Counted from the first letter of the stretch, positions 40,699 to 53,933 are shown. The stretch is DNA of 64,000 bases from Candidatus Sulfomarinibacteraceae bacterium (GCA_963796455.1 CAWCLO010000002.1:169073-233072), one strand, 5' to 3'. The notes: generated by a model from the letters alone, not told the origin. A program made the numbers and translations.

Positions 40699-40960
40699 TC
40701 AGTGCGTCAGAAGTTTGTTCCGCCCCGCGTAGTCGTCGTAGGAGGCCACGACCACAGTCGTGTTGTCCGATCCACCGGCTGTGTTGGCGGCGCCGATGAG
40801 CGCCTGGCACCGGGCATTTGCGAAGAACTCGCGGTTGAGTACCTCGCGGATTCCCCAATCCGTGACCTGCCCGGTGAGCCCGTCGGAGCACAACAACAGA
40901 CAGTCGCGGTCCTGAAGCTTCCAGCAGTCAACCTGCGGCTCGGCGTTCAGACCCCAATAC
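40699..40960 (-). pseudogene. 3' remnant of a PP2C/Stp1 Ser/Thr phosphatase gene
   Basis: EPQV...LQDRDCLLLCSDGLTGQV...LIGAANTAGGSDNTTVVV; N-terminal part absent. Confidence 0.75.
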
Positions 40961-41096
40961 CGAGGTCGTCTTCGGCCTCGATCTCCGAAATGTCGAAGTC
41001 GTCGAGGACGAAGTCCGCCCCCATGCGTTCGACGAGCTTGGTGATGGTGACGACACCGATGATGGCGATGCCTGCGACGATCAGATGCTTCTTCAT
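40947..41096 (-). CDS. 49-aa small membrane-anchored acidic protein
   Basis: MKKHLIVAGIAIIGVVTITKLVERMGADFVLDDFDISEIEAEDDLGIGV*; ATGA overlap with upstream gene and GAGAGG RBS. Confidence 0.5.
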   Translation of the reverse strand: MKKHLIVAGIAIIGVVTITKLVERMGADFVLDDFDISEIEAEDDLGIGV

Positions 41097-42028
41097 GATG
41101 ATCCTCTCGGATGTTTTCTTCTCAGTTCGCGTTTCAGCCTGGGCGCCAACACAGCTTCACAAAAACTCCTGAAGCCGGTTTGGGTCGTGCTGTTGACCGA
41201 TCTCGAGTACGCCGGCCGCAGATGACCGTTTTCGATACTGCGGAACATCTGGACCACCTCGTCGGCCACCTTCCCGCCGATGCCGAGCTGTGTCAGGGCT
41301 CGTTTCGTTTCTGAGGGTTCCGATCGAACATGGCTGACCTCGGATCCGAGCGCATCTCCGATGGTACGAGCCGCCTCGCGAACTCCGAGATCGTGCGGGC
41401 CGTGAAGTGGTTTCGTTGAAATCCGCTCCGATGCGGGGAAAACGAGCTGACGCGTCGCCTCGATCGCGACGTCGATGGCGGCGACCGTCGGGATCTGCCG
41501 GTCGCCTGCCACCGGTAGGGGTATGGTCCCTTCCTCCATGATCGGCCGCGCAAAGAGAAAGTAGTTCTCCATCAACATGCCCGGCCGAAGATGAGTGACC
41601 GCGGTCATGCCGGTCTCTGCAGCGGCCTCGTCCAACCGCCCTTCCACGTCATGCAGCCCGTCGATGGGCCCCGTGTCGAAGCCGAGATGGGCGCCGAAAC
41701 TGGAGAGATTCACGACGCGCGATATCCGGTTGGTCGTGATCGCGTTTGCCGCGTTGGCCCCGAGGCGATTCTGAAAAGCCCGGAGATCTTCACAATCAGG
41801 AGGGGTGGGCGTGGCCCAGAAGAGCGCGTCGGCGACACGGGTTGCCCGGGCCACGAAGACGTCATCCTCGAGATCACCTTCGTCTACGACGGCACCAAGT
41901 TCTTCAAAGTGCTTGACCTTGGTTCGGTCACGAGCAAGGAGCTTGACGTGGACACCCTCGACGTCAAGTAGGAGGGCGGCGACTTTGCCACCGACGGTGC
42001 CGGTCGGGGTGGTGACTGCAACGATCAT
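41093..42028 (-). CDS. NmrA-family NAD(P)-binding protein
   Basis: VAVTTPTGTVG, GDLED, VVNLSSFGA, HLRPGMLMEN. Confidence 0.85.
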   Translation of the reverse strand: MIVAVTTPTGTVGGKVAALLLDVEGVHVKLLARDRTKVKHFEELGAVVDEGDLEDDVFVARATRVADALFWATPTPPDCEDLRAFQNRLGANAANAITTNRISRVVNLSSFGAHLGFDTGPIDGLHDVEGRLDEAAAETGMTAVTHLRPGMLMENYFLFARPIMEEGTIPLPVAGDRQIPTVAAIDVAIEATRQLVFPASERISTKPLHGPHDLGVREAARTIGDALGSEVSHVRSEPSETKRALTQLGIGGKVADEVVQMFRSIENGHLRPAYSRSVNSTTQTGFRSFCEAVLAPRLKRELRRKHPRGSS

Positions 42029-42044
42029 TGATGGTCTCCTTTTG

Positions 42045-44200
42045 TCATCTTAGGGTCATGTCATGGGTTGGTTGATGGCCGTTGTCGACATCGAGGAAAC
42101 CGAAGTGGCGGATCCCTTCGAGAATGCCGCGCGCATGCTCTGCCGTCGCGAAGTGGATTCCCCTGCGCCCGCGGAGCCCACGGAGCTCACGACTGAAGTT
42201 GCCGACCACGACAGCTTGCTCGGCACTCTTGAGCATGAGGGCGTCGTTCCCCGAGTCGCCGGCCACCAGGACCTGGCCTCGGTTGAACCCCCAGCGAAGC
42301 GCCAGGTGTCTCACCGCCTGCCCTTTCGATGCCTTGGCGGGGAGAAGATCGAGGTACTTCGAGTGCGAGGCGATCGCCGTGGCCCGAAGACCTCGGTCTC
42401 GTAGTCGGCGGCGGATTTCGGAGGAACCAGGCCACCGATCTGATTCGGTGAAGTAGCTGACCTTGAGCGGGCTCTGGTTTCGCTTCGGCTGCAGCTTGAG
42501 ACCGGGGACATCCTCGAGCGCTTCACGAATCCCGTCCGGATCCCACTCGCGATCGATGTGTCGGCGCCAACTGAGGTCCTCGACGGGGTATCCGCGCCAG
42601 TAGTGAATCTCGCTGCCCACCGACGTGATCAGAGCATCCGGGATCGGAATCGACCACCGGGAAAGGACCCCTAGCGCGCCCTTCAGGTCTCGGCCGGTTG
42701 CGACGCCGAACGCAACGCGTTCGCGATGGTCCCCGAGCCAGGAAGCGAACTCCTTCGCTGCCTCGAGATCGCCCAGGAGGGTGTTGTCGATATCGCAGAC
42801 GAGGAGACGGTCGGCGAGCACCATTCGTGCCGGAGGCGCCGCCGGTGTCAGCGGTCGCCGACGTCGGATGCGCTTCACGTCGCGGAGATACCGTTTCGCG
42901 TGCCCCGACCACGAGAAATGAGTGTCCGCACCACGAACCCCGGCCCGCGATCGTCGACTCCATTGGGTGCCGTCCTGAAGGACCTCGAGAAGACCGTCCG
43001 CGATGGAAGATGCATCCATGGGATCGACCGACACGCCGTTCTTGCATTTCTCGATGATCTCGGTCGGACCACCGTCGTGGGTTGCCACAATCGGCAGGCC
43101 GCTCGCGGCCGCCTCGATCAGCGTCAGACCGAAGGGCCCGGTGACGGCCGGGTTGACGAAGACTCCGCGCCGGCGGGTGGCGAGTCGGTAAACCTCGGCA
43201 ACGTCGTCTGCCGTGTGGGTTTTGGGATACGCGACGCGACCGTATAGATCGAATGTGTCGATGAGGTGCAGCATCTGCTGCACGATCATCCGTTGCGCCT
43301 CGGAAGGTCGTCGAGATCGTCTCGATCGCCGATGAGCAGCACCAGATTCGCCCGTTCGCGCAGCTCCTCGTGCTCGCCGTATGCCCGGATCAGTGTTTCC
43401 AGGTTTTTACGCTCGTCCGGCCGTTGCACCGCGAGGATCATCGGCTTCTTTGGTTCTCGGAGAAACCGGTCGATCTCGCCCGCAAACTGAATCTCCTCTC
43501 CTCGTCGAGGAGGCCGGAACCGGTCGAGATTGACCCCGGGTGCGTTGACAACCATCCGGTTGGTGGCGTTGACATCGTACATCCCGTATTGTTCGGCCAC
43601 CTCCTGGAGGTGCTGGCGATCACAGGTCGGCGCCCTCGAGGACACGCTCCTCGGCGTTGATGCGCCGGGTGATGTTGTAGCGCGATTCGATGGATTCAGC
43701 GGCTCAATCCCTTCTCGAGCAAACGCTGACGCTTGACGCGTCCAAGAGAGTGAGTGGTGTAAACGATTGGCGAGCCCAGCAGCTTGCCCAGCCGCAATCC
43801 CGACCACGCCGGCGTCCGGGTAGTGACCGTGGACGATGTCGGGCACCCGCCCAAGTCTCTCTGAAGTGCAGCAGCGCGTTGTCGACGAACTGCGGCAGGT
43901 AGGGCCAGAGCGACTCTTTGTGCAGATAGCGGTGCGGGCCGAACGGGACGCGGACGATCCACGCGCGTTCGGTCAAAGGCTCGATATGGCTCGGCGTAAT
44001 CCGGCGCGACGTTGGTTGACAAGATCTGGCGGGTCATGAGCTCGACCCGGGCGACCTCGGGACGGCGCGACAGAGCCCGGGCGAGCTCCAGGACATAGAG
44101 CACCTGGCCGCCGGTGTCAGCATCGCGGCCCAGCTCGGGGTTGTCGCCCCGGATCAGCCCGTGGGCGCTGACGAGGCAGATGAAGAGACCGTCGTGGAGT
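42045..44200 (-). CDS. sps: Sucrose-phosphate synthase with C-terminal HAD (SPP) domain, copy A (several frameshifts; start approximate)
   Basis: [69 protein letters not shown]. Confidence 0.85.
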
Positions 44201-44345
44201 CGACGACCTTGAGACCCTTCCCGGCGCCGCAGCGGGCGCCGGGGAGGGTCCCGGCGATGGCGGCGGCGCCGCCGGGATGCAACGACAGCCTCGGGACGGT
44301 GGCCGTTGCCGATGGAGAACCGCGGCCGTCGGGGTCGAACGAGAC

Positions 44346-44379
44346 TGTAAGATTTTCATGTCTTCGTGTACCTTTTACC
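44346..44379. promoter_or_regulatory. Paired 13-bp enhancer-like sites, 21-bp spacing
   Basis: TGTAAGATTTTCA and TGTACCTTTTACC; same architecture at 49506-49539. Confidence 0.5.
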
Positions 44380-44531
44380 GGGTGTTTCGGCCGGTCGCCC
44401 GGCTGGTTCGAACGTGCGGCCCATGCTTGTTGATCGCTGAGTCGACGGCGCGTACGTGTTGCCGCTCTCGGCATTCACTCATAGATATTTGCAATCTCCG
44501 TACCGGCGACCGCGGCTCGGGAGCATCCGGT

Positions 44532-44547
44532 TGGCACGAGGCTCGCA
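44532..44547 (+). promoter_or_regulatory. Sigma-54 -24/-12 promoter upstream of MscS
   Basis: TGGCACGAGGCTCGCA (GG-N10-GC). Confidence 0.55.
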
Positions 44548-44630
44548 TCATGGTGGCGTGGCGGTGTGCGAGCGGGTTTCGATCGCGATCCGGTCCTGCC
44601 GCCGAATCCCGACGCAGGAGGCCATCAGCT

Positions 44631-45759
44631 ATGCCGGACCGTGCCGCAGGACTTCTCACCTCGCTCTCTCCAGCCTCGACAATCTTCCGATTCTCGGAAT
44701 CACCGTCGCCGGCAACCCCGGTTGGCGGTGGCTGCTCGCGGTCGCGATGGTGTGGTGCTCTATGCCGGATTGAAGCTCGTTCTCGGTCAGTTGGCCGCCA
44801 GGCTCGCCGCCTGGCGGACACGACCTCCAATACGGTGGACGATCTCGTCGTGGACGTCCTGCGATCGACCGGTCGCCTGTTCTTCGTCCGCCGTGGCCGT
44901 GCTCGGCGCGAGCACGGTCCTCGAGCTCGGCGAGACGGCGGCGGACGTGCGGCGGTGGTTCGCCGTCATCGTCGCTGAGTCTCCAGGTCGGCCTGTGGGC
45001 GCAGCGGGCGCTCTCGTTCTGGTTCGACACTGCAGCGCGGCGAGCTTCTCGAGACCGATCCCGGGGCGGTCACGACCCTCCAAGGTCTCTCGTATCTTGT
45101 CCGAGGCGCGCTCTGGGTGGCGGTCGCCGTCTTCGTGCTCGACAATCTGGGTTACAACGTCAGCGCGCTGCTCGCGGGTCTCGGCATCGGCGGCGTCGCG
45201 GTGGCGTTGGCGCTGCAGAATGTCCTCGGCGATCTCTTCGCCTCGCTCTCCATCGCCCTCGACAAGCCCTTCGTCACCGGCGACTTCATCATCGTCGACG
45301 ACAAGCTCGGGACGGTCTCGCGGGTCGGACTGAAGACGACACGGGTGATGAGCCTGTCGGGCGAGCAACTCGTCTTCTCCAACTCGGACCTGCTGAGCTC
45401 GCGGATCCGAAACTACAAGCGGATGGAGGAGCGCCGCGTCGCATTTTCGTTCGGCGTGCTCTACCAGACCACCATCGAGCAGCTCGAGGCGATCCCGGAA
45501 ATGGTGCGGGAGATCATCGAAGAACACGCCCGAGACCCGGTTCGACCGAGCCCATTTCAAGGAGTTCGGCGACTCCGCCTACGTCTTCGAGGTGGTCTAC
45601 TACGTGTCAAGCTCCGACTACAACGTCTACATGGATTGCCAACAGGCCATCAACCTCGAGCTCTGTCGACGCTTCGACGAGCGCGACATCGATTTCGCCT
45701 ACCCGACCCGGACGCTGCACCTGGAGTCCCACACCGGACCCGCGCTGGTTCGTATTTGA
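44631..45759 (+). CDS. MscS-family mechanosensitive channel (multiple frameshifts)
   Basis: LLAGLGIGGVAVALALQNVLGDLFASLSIALDKPF..GDFI, VFSNSDLL, FAYPTRTL. Confidence 0.85.
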
Positions 45760-46228
45760 TCCCGTGGTTCGTCCGCAAACGCCCCTCGAAATCGGATAAC
45801 AGAAACAGTCTGACGCTCGTTCGGCACACACCGAACCGGCAGACGTGTTCGCCGTCAGAGTTGGACGGAGGGACGTGACCGGAGCAGGCCCGTGCCGCAC
45901 GGCCGGTGTGCTCCGGTCAATGTGTCGATTCGGCGCCGATCATGAGCGCCTCGATTTCGTCGAGTCGAGAACCCTCGCCCCAGAGACAATAGATCTAATC
46001 GCGCACGACGAGCTCGGCGAGATCGCCCCACTCCTCATGCCGGGGCGTCCGACGGATCTTGACGACCACGAGTTTCGAGGGGATGTCTTCTTCCGCGAGG
46101 CTTCAGGCCCGGGGCCGCGTCGAGGCCTCACCACGAATGGCATCGACAGTCGCCGACCGTGAGTTTGCCGACGCGCATCCGCGTTTGGGTATAGTGGCCA
46201 CGATCGTGGTGGAGCGAGGAGAAAGCTT

Positions 46229-47348
46229 GTGAGCGAGGTTTTCGACGGCGAATCACATCCGTTCGTTGCGGCCGTCCGGCGTGATGACGACACTGTCAGC
46301 GAGGCGGAACGGCAGTTGCGACGGCTCGACACCGCGCTCGACGTCGGTATCGCAATCGTTGACGGGCTCGGGCGTCCCAGGTTTATCGGCGACCATGCCC
46401 GGCAACAGCTCGGGATCGTCGATACCGACGAACCGAACGACGCAGCCGGGCGCATCCTCGGTGTGTTGCGCCCGGGCATCGCCGCGGCCGTGAGTGCCGG
46501 CGATGCTCGGGAACGAGTCATCACAGTGACCGGAAGTGATGGAGCACCACGCGATTACGAGGTCAAGATCGTACCGCTGTCGAGTAGCGGGTCGAGCGAG
46601 GCCCTTGTACAGCTTCGGGATGTCTCTCGCGTGGAGCTGCTCGAGCAGACCCTGCTGGAGGCCGCCCGGCTGCGCGCCCTGACGCGGCTCTCCCTGGGCA
46701 TTGCCCACGATCTGCGGGCCCCGATGAACGCCATCACCCTCAATCTCGTCAATCTGAAGGACAGCCTGGCCGACAGCGGGTGGTCGGGAGCGGACGAGCA
46801 TTGCGAGGTCATCGAGATGCTCGAGGGCGAGCTCCGGCATCTGCAACGGTCGGTGGAGACGTTGCTGACGCAGACCTCGCCGGTGCGCATGGAGGCGGAG
46901 GTCTTTTCCGTCGGAGAGGTGATCGAAGAGATCAAAGGGCTGATGCAGGCCCAGGCCCGCCAGAAGCATCTGACGCTGGAAGTCGTGGCAACCGCTGGAC
47001 AGGTCGCGGTTCGGGCGCACCGCGACTGGATCAAACAGGCGATCATCAACCTGGTGGTCAACGCCCTCGACGCGACGCCCAGGGGCGGGACGGTCGTCAT
47101 CGAGGCGGCGGCGGACGACGATTGGGCGGTGGTCACCGTGAGCGACACCGGGCCCGGCATTCCTCGGCACATCGCCGAGCGCCTTTTCGAACGCGCCGCG
47201 ACGACCAAGCCGCGGGGAGTTGGGATCGGGCTCGCGATGGCGAAAGCGGCCGTCGAGGCGGCGGAAGGCCGTCTCGATCTGATCCGTTCGGACGACAGCG
47301 GCGCCTGCTTCGAAATCCGCATCCCGCTGGAACATGGAGAGGAGTGCC

Positions 47349-47362
<14 letters not shown>
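46229..47362 (+). CDS. Cytoplasmic sensor histidine kinase
   Basis: IAHDLRAPM, QAIINLVVNALDA, VSDTGPGI, GIGL; PAS-like N-terminus, no TM. Confidence 0.9.
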
Positions 47363-48713
<1,351 letters not shown>

Positions 48714-48757
48714 CCCCCGGTCGGAGGCGCCGTGAAAGCGATGACCCACGATCTCGG

Positions 48758-48922
48758 GTGGCCCCGAAGCTCGTGCTGATCGTCCTGATGTGGGTCGGCC
48801 GGCTCGAGATCATGGCGGTGGCAGTCCTGGTCGCGACACCGGTGCGACTGGACGAAAATCTCCTCGTCGGGCGCCAGGTGACAGACGGCGACTCAGAGGG
48901 AAACGGCGACGATCTGCGTTGA
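48758..48922 (+). pseudogene. 3' remnant of a TrkH potassium-uptake gene
   Basis: PKLVLIVLMWVGRLEIMAVAVL matches the TrkH terminal K..L...M..GRLEI helix. Confidence 0.6.
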
Positions 48923-48953
48923 TCGAGATCCGATCGGACCGGAGCCGCATTCG

Positions 48954-49412
48954 TCAATCGTCCTCGGGATCCGGAGGGACGGTCAGCACCGGGCACGGCG
49001 CGAGCCGGACGACCTTCTCCGCCACCGAGCCGATGAGCATCCGCGCCAGCCCGGTTTCGCCATTGGTGGCGAGGATGATCAGATCGGTGTCGTTCTCGGT
49101 CGCGTAGTTCGCGATCTCGTGTGCGGCGCTGCCCATCTTCACCGATGAAACGACTGGGACTCCACTCTCGATGTCGTTCTCGACCACCGTCTCGATGGTC
49201 TCTCTCGCGTGCGCGTCCATCGACTTGATGTACTCCGTCATGGCCGGCGCGGCATGTCCGACCATGGATGCCATGGCCGGCACGGATGGCAACACGTGCA
49301 GCACATCCACACGGGCGGCGAACTGGCGTGCGAGACCGTTGACCAGCGGAAGTGCCCGTTGCGCCTCGTCGCTGAAGTCGGTGGGCCACAGGATGCGTTT
49401 GATGGCGTTCAT
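48954..49412 (-). CDS. Universal stress protein
   Basis: ILWPTDFS, DLIILATNG...LIGSVAEKVVRLAPCPVLTV. Confidence 0.93.
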   Translation of the reverse strand: MNAIKRILWPTDFSDEAQRALPLVNGLARQFAARVDVLHVLPSVPAMASMVGHAAPAMTEYIKSMDAHARETIETVVENDIESGVPVVSSVKMGSAAHEIANYATENDTDLIILATNGETGLARMLIGSVAEKVVRLAPCPVLTVPPDPEDD

Positions 49413-49438
49413 ACTGTCCTCCCTTCGCCGAAGACTGT

Positions 49439-49454
49439 CGCAAATGCCGTGCCA
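49439..49454 (-). promoter_or_regulatory. Sigma-54 promoter for the USP gene
   Basis: TGGCACGGCATTTGCG on the minus strand. Confidence 0.7.
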
Positions 49455-49505
49455 GGGCCCGGACCGACGTGGGGCGATCGTGGCGCCCGATCTCGCGCCG
49501 AGAAT

Positions 49506-49539
49506 TGAAAAACTTTCACACCTCGAGGAAAGATTGACA
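49506..49539. promoter_or_regulatory. Paired 13-bp enhancer-like sites between divergent sigma-54 promoters
   Basis: TGAAAAACTTTCA and GGAAAGATTGACA, starts 21 bp apart. Confidence 0.5.
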
Positions 49540-49637
49540 CGGGTTCGGGCATCGCGGGTGGACAATCCGTCCGACAGACGAGGGCTGTTCCCACTGCCGG
49601 CAGGGGTCGTCGCCGCGCGGGCTTGGACAGGCCCGGC

Positions 49638-49653
49638 TGGCATCGTCTTTGCT
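49638..49653 (+). promoter_or_regulatory. Sigma-54 promoter for the BON-domain gene
   Basis: TGGCATCGTCTTTGCT. Confidence 0.7.
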
Positions 49654-49690
49654 TCATAAACTGTTGCGCCCAGCGACCGAAGGAGACAGC

Positions 49691-50506
49691 ATGGTGTTTT
49701 TCAACGACGAGCAGATCAGAAACGAGGTGATCGCCGAACTCGCCACGGATCACCGCATCGACGCCTCGGACGTCAGTGTCGAGGTCAGCCAGGGGATCGT
49801 CAAGCTCGATGGGACGGTTCCCAGCGCCACAGAGCTCACCCGCGCGAGCGCCGGCGCGGCGATGGTCGTTGGTGGCGCAAACATCGTCGACGCGCTGTCC
49901 ATTCGATCGCCGAGAGCGTCGAATCTGTCCGACGACGGTGCCATCAAGGTCTCGCTTGGCCGAATGCTGGCTACGGAGCCGGAGATCGACCCGTCCCGAA
50001 TCATGGTTATGGTCCAGGATCGGCGGGTCTCCCTCGAAGGATCGGTGGACGCCGAGTGGAAGAAGAGCTACGTCGAAGCGTTGATCGCCCGGCGGCCCGA
50101 GGTTCTGGATGTGGAGAGCGCGCTGACCGTGGTCCCGACCAGGGACGCGGCGGATCAGGCGACCGCCGACGATCTCGTCCGCGCCCTGGATCGCCATCCC
50201 TTGATCGGCGACCACAACCTGGTGGTGCGGGTCGAGGATGGCGCCGTCACCCTTTCGGGCCCGGTCGGCTCGGACGCCGCGCGTGAGGCGGCGGTGCTAC
50301 TCGCGACGTACATGTTCGGCGTAACCGATGTGAGGGACGAGATCACCATCGTCAGATCCGAGCCCCTGATCTACGCAGGAGCCGGCGAATCAGCCATGGC
50401 AGCGAGGCATCGGCCCGCGCTATACGAACTCGAATCCACAGGGAGGATGACACATGAAACTCACTCGATTGTTCTACGTACGCAAGTCTTGCCGTGCTCG
50501 TCGTGA
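49691..50506 (+). CDS. Triple BON-domain (OsmY-like) protein; true stop may be earlier
   Basis: Three D..I...V...L....I.V.V..G.V.L.G.V repeats; AGGAG RBS. Confidence 0.82.
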   Translation: MVFFNDEQIRNEVIAELATDHRIDASDVSVEVSQGIVKLDGTVPSATELTRASAGAAMVVGGANIVDALSIRSPRASNLSDDGAIKVSLGRMLATEPEIDPSRIMVMVQDRRVSLEGSVDAEWKKSYVEALIARRPEVLDVESALTVVPTRDAADQATADDLVRALDRHPLIGDHNLVVRVEDGAVTLSGPVGSDAAREAAVLLATYMFGVTDVRDEITIVRSEPLIYAGAGESAMAARHRPALYELESTGRMTHETHSIVLRTQVLPCSS

Positions 50507-51198
50507 CCGCCGCGGCGTGCGGCGCCGACAGCCCTCCGGATGAGGGTCTGGTCGAGGACCTGGGTACGCTGATGCCCGGGGAGCCCGAGGTGCCGGACGC
50601 GGCCGAGGCGGCGCCTGACAACGTGACGGTGCTCTTTGCCGACGACCTCGTGCACGCATCGAGGATCATGCTTCGTCCCGGAGAGAGCGTGCCGGAGATC
50701 GAGACCGGCCATCGCCTGTACTTCCAGCCCTTCGGTACCGCCGAGCTGGCCGTGGACACGAGCGACGAGACCACGATGACGACGTTGACCGGCGGGGACG
50801 TGTACCAGGTCGAGCCGGGTCGGGTTTCGATCACCAACGTCGGGACGCTGCCCATCGAAATCATCGAGGTGGCTCGAACCGAGGTCGGTCTTCCCGAGTT
50901 CCTCGAAACCGAGGCGGCGAACGAGATCGGAGGCGACAGCGTTCTGCTGAACAACGACCAAGTGCGCGTGCTGGAGCTGATCCTCGAGGCCGGAGAGACC
51001 GCCGAGCTGAGTCCGGCGCCGGTCCGGCTGGTCTTCTCCATGACGGACTCGACCGTGGAGTATCGCTCGGCGGACGGTGCGACCGTGGAGATCCCCTCCG
51101 GTGCGTCGGCCGCCTACGCTCGGCCGGGCGACGATCTCTCGGTCCGTAACCCCGGTGATGACCCGGTGACCATCGTACTCTTTGACTGGTTCGTTTGA
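50454..51198 (+). CDS. Lipoprotein with two cupin-like domains (probable indel in the signal peptide)
   Basis: GGAGG then ATG at 50454; lipobox AAAC; APDNVTVLF...LRPGES, VRNPGDDPVTIVLF; similar to 39932-40675. Confidence 0.6.
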
Positions 51199-51396
51199 TC
51201 CGCCCGCGAGATCGGCGCCGAGCTCGACGTTCGGTCGAAGGAGGACGCCCGCACCGTGGTTGCCTGCACCTTGATCGAGGGGGTCGCGTGACAACGTCAG
51301 AGGGGGTCGCTCGGGGCTTGCCCCCACGCGGGGGCCGGTGCGCCCCGGGTTCATCAATCACGACGAAACTGATGTCATATGAGGTGGAGGTCAGCG

Positions 51397-51620
51397 ATGA
51401 ACGTAACCACGAATCGCCAACGCATCACTCACGAGTGGTCGGTCCTCAAAGGCCAGATCAAGGAGCAGTGGGGCAAGCTCACCGACGATGACCTTCTCGC
51501 CATCGCGGGTCAGCGAGAGCAGCTACTCGCGAGTATTCGTTGGCAGTACGGCCTGGCGGCCGACGAAGCGGAGCGCCAGGTCGAAGAGTGGGAAACAGGG
51601 TCGGTCTGGGGACAACCCGG
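51397..51620 (+). CDS. CsbD family stress protein (reads in frame into DUF302)
   Basis: WSVLKGQIKEQWGKLTDDDL..IAGQREQL....QYG....EAERQVEEW. Confidence 0.8.
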
Positions 51621-51687
51621 GTGGATCAAGATCGCCACCATCGCGGATCCGCGGCCGCCACAACACGAGGAACCAGGGAGTCACACC

Positions 51688-52089
51688 ATGCGCGAAAGCG
51701 AATTTAACCTATCGGTGGACCTGCCGGACCTCGATCACTATGAGGCAACCCGACGGGTCGTCGAGAAGCTCGGCGAGGAGGGTTTCGGGATCCTGACCGA
51801 GATCGACGTCAAGAAGACGCTCAAGAAGAAGCTCAACGTCGAGTACCCGCGATACGTCATTCTGGGTGCGTGCAATCCTCCGCTCGCCCACCGTGCGCTC
51901 GCCGCCGAGTTCGATATCGGTGTGCTGCTGCCATGCAACGTGGTCGTGGCCGAACGCCCGGGCGGCGGTTCCGTCGTCAGCGCCATGGATCCGGTTGCGG
52001 CCTTCGACCTGATCGACAATCCCAAGGTCGAACCCATCGCCCGGGAAGTCAGGCACAAGATGGAGCGCGTCCTCGGACAGCTCCCCTGA
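51688..52089 (+). CDS. DUF302 domain protein
   Basis: GFGILTEIDVKKTLKKKL...YVILGACNPPLAHRAL...IGVLLPCNVVV. Confidence 0.88.
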   Translation: MRESEFNLSVDLPDLDHYEATRRVVEKLGEEGFGILTEIDVKKTLKKKLNVEYPRYVILGACNPPLAHRALAAEFDIGVLLPCNVVVAERPGGGSVVSAMDPVAAFDLIDNPKVEPIAREVRHKMERVLGQLP

Positions 52090-52169
52090 GTGCCCAGCGG
52101 GGGTGGGCGTGAAGAAGAAGATCGTCGACGTACTTGGCGAGTTTGACCTTCCAGTCGACGCGGTATGAC

Positions 52170-52435
52170 GTCGGCCGCAGTCCTGGAATCGGCACGGAGT
52201 CCTCGGGGGCAGTGCATGACCAAGCGCCCCCGGTCCATCCGGATCGAGCAACCAGACTGTGACTTCGTAATCCTGACCGTCTGCGGTTGTAATTCTTACC
52301 TGAAGGAACGCCCACGGCAGGTCGACGGGCGCCGGAATCTGCGCGTGAATAGGTTCGTTCTCGGATCTCGGTCACGACTTTGTGTGACGGTTGTCCTGGT
52401 TTGGTGAGCTGTCCGCACAGTTCGCATTGATACAT
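52170..52435 (-). CDS. Small putative zinc-ribbon protein, disrupted
   Basis: MYQCELCGQLTKPGQPSHKVVTEIRERTY; 3' end unclear. Confidence 0.35.
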
Positions 52436-52451
52436 TGGTTTGAAAGACCTC

Positions 52452-53868
52452 TCAGATGAGTGTGCTGTGGTGACCGCGGCCGACGCCCGCGGGGGCTGGG
52501 ACGACCAGCGTCAGGATCACGAGGGCGATCGCCGACACGCCGAGACCATAAAACACGGGATCCAGCGCGAGCGCGTTTTCATGACCGTCAGACTGACGGT
52601 GGTCGTGCCGCCGCCGACGATGCTCCAGAAGGCCGCGGTGCCGCTCGTGCGGCGCCAGAACAGGGCGCCGAGGGTTGGGAAGAACAGACCCGCCACCATG
52701 AACGAGTAGGCGAGGAGGATCGAGTCGATGACCCGGGGTACATAGAGGGCGAAATCCCACCGAAGCAAAACCGACGACGAGCGTCAGGATGCGCGAAACG
52801 GTCAGCATCGATCGTCTCGGACGTCGCCGGCGCGAGGTGTTTGCCGATGATGTCGTCGACGAGGTTGCCGACGCTGGCGAGCAGGCACGAGTCGGCGGTG
52901 GACATGATGGCGGCGAAGTAGGCGGCGAGAATCAGACCGGTGGCGCCGACCGGGAGCACATCGCGAATCAACAGCGGCAGCCCCATCTCCGGGTCGGCGG
53001 CGGGATAGAGCACCCGCGCGAAAAGCCCGAGCGTCGCGCCGATGAACGCCATCGCCGGATACTCCAGCAGGCCTGCGAAGAACCAGGCCCGCCGGGCGGT
53101 GGCCACATCCCGCGAGGCGTGGATGCGCTGATACAGGGTCATGGCGACGAACCAGATCGGCACGATGGTGACCATCCACGTCGCCACCTGAAGACCGGTG
53201 ACGTTGGTCAGCGAGAAGTACTCGGCGGGGAGCGCATCTCGAGCCCGGTCCAGCCGCCGACGGCGGTGTAGCCCAGCGGCAGTGCGAGAAGGATCAGGCC
53301 GAAAAGAGGATGCCCCACTGGATGGTGTCGGTGTAGACGACGGCCTGAAGGCCGCCGAGCGCGGTGTAGACGACGATGACGACCGACATGGTGAGCACCG
53401 CGGTCGTCAGGTCGAGCTCGAAGGCGGCCGAGGCGAGCTTGCCTCCGGCGAGCAGCTGAGAGCCGGTGAATCCGGCGTAGCCGACGGCGGAAACCAGCGC
53501 CGCGACGAGCCGCGTCGGCCCGCCGAAACGGTGCGCGAGGAAGTCGGGGAACGAGCGGTGGTGTGGGCATCGCCCAGGGCCTTGACCCTCGGGACCAGCA
53601 ACACCGCCGCCAGCCAGGCGCCGATGAGCCCGGAGAACAGAAGCCACGAGGCCGACAGGCCCATGACGAAGCCGAGCCCGCCGAGGCCGATGGAGAAACC
53701 GCCGCCGACATCGGTGGCGACGACCGAGAGGCCGATGTGACCGGCGCCCATGTCGCGGCCGCCGACGAAGTACTCGTCGAGGCCGGTCTGGCGGCGCTGA
53801 AAGTAAACACCCACCCCGAGCATGCCGACGAAGTAGACGCCGAGGATGATGAAGTCGACGATCTGCAC
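52452..53868 (-). CDS. Sodium:solute symporter, copy 2 (several frameshifts)
   Basis: Colinear and highly similar in protein to 29779-31176 across several frames. Confidence 0.88.
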
Positions 53869-53915
53869 TGCGGGTCCGAGTCAGGAGGGTGTCGGGGAGA
53901 GGGGGTGGCGAAAAT

Positions 53916-53933
53916 TCCATCGTGTGCAAAGTA
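53916..53933 (-). promoter_or_regulatory. Putative EctR-type operator upstream of SSS copy 2
   Basis: TACTTTGCACACGATGGA on minus strand. Confidence 0.45.

Noticed and set aside
44117..44359. ATG at 44359 as the start of sps copy A
   Set aside because: It lies at the edge of the paired enhancer-like boxes and the translated segment has no SPS similarity; homology begins near 44195.
45845..46162. Small ORF between MscS and the kinase
   Set aside because: No recognisable motif or convincing start; possibly a remnant, but I cannot support a call.
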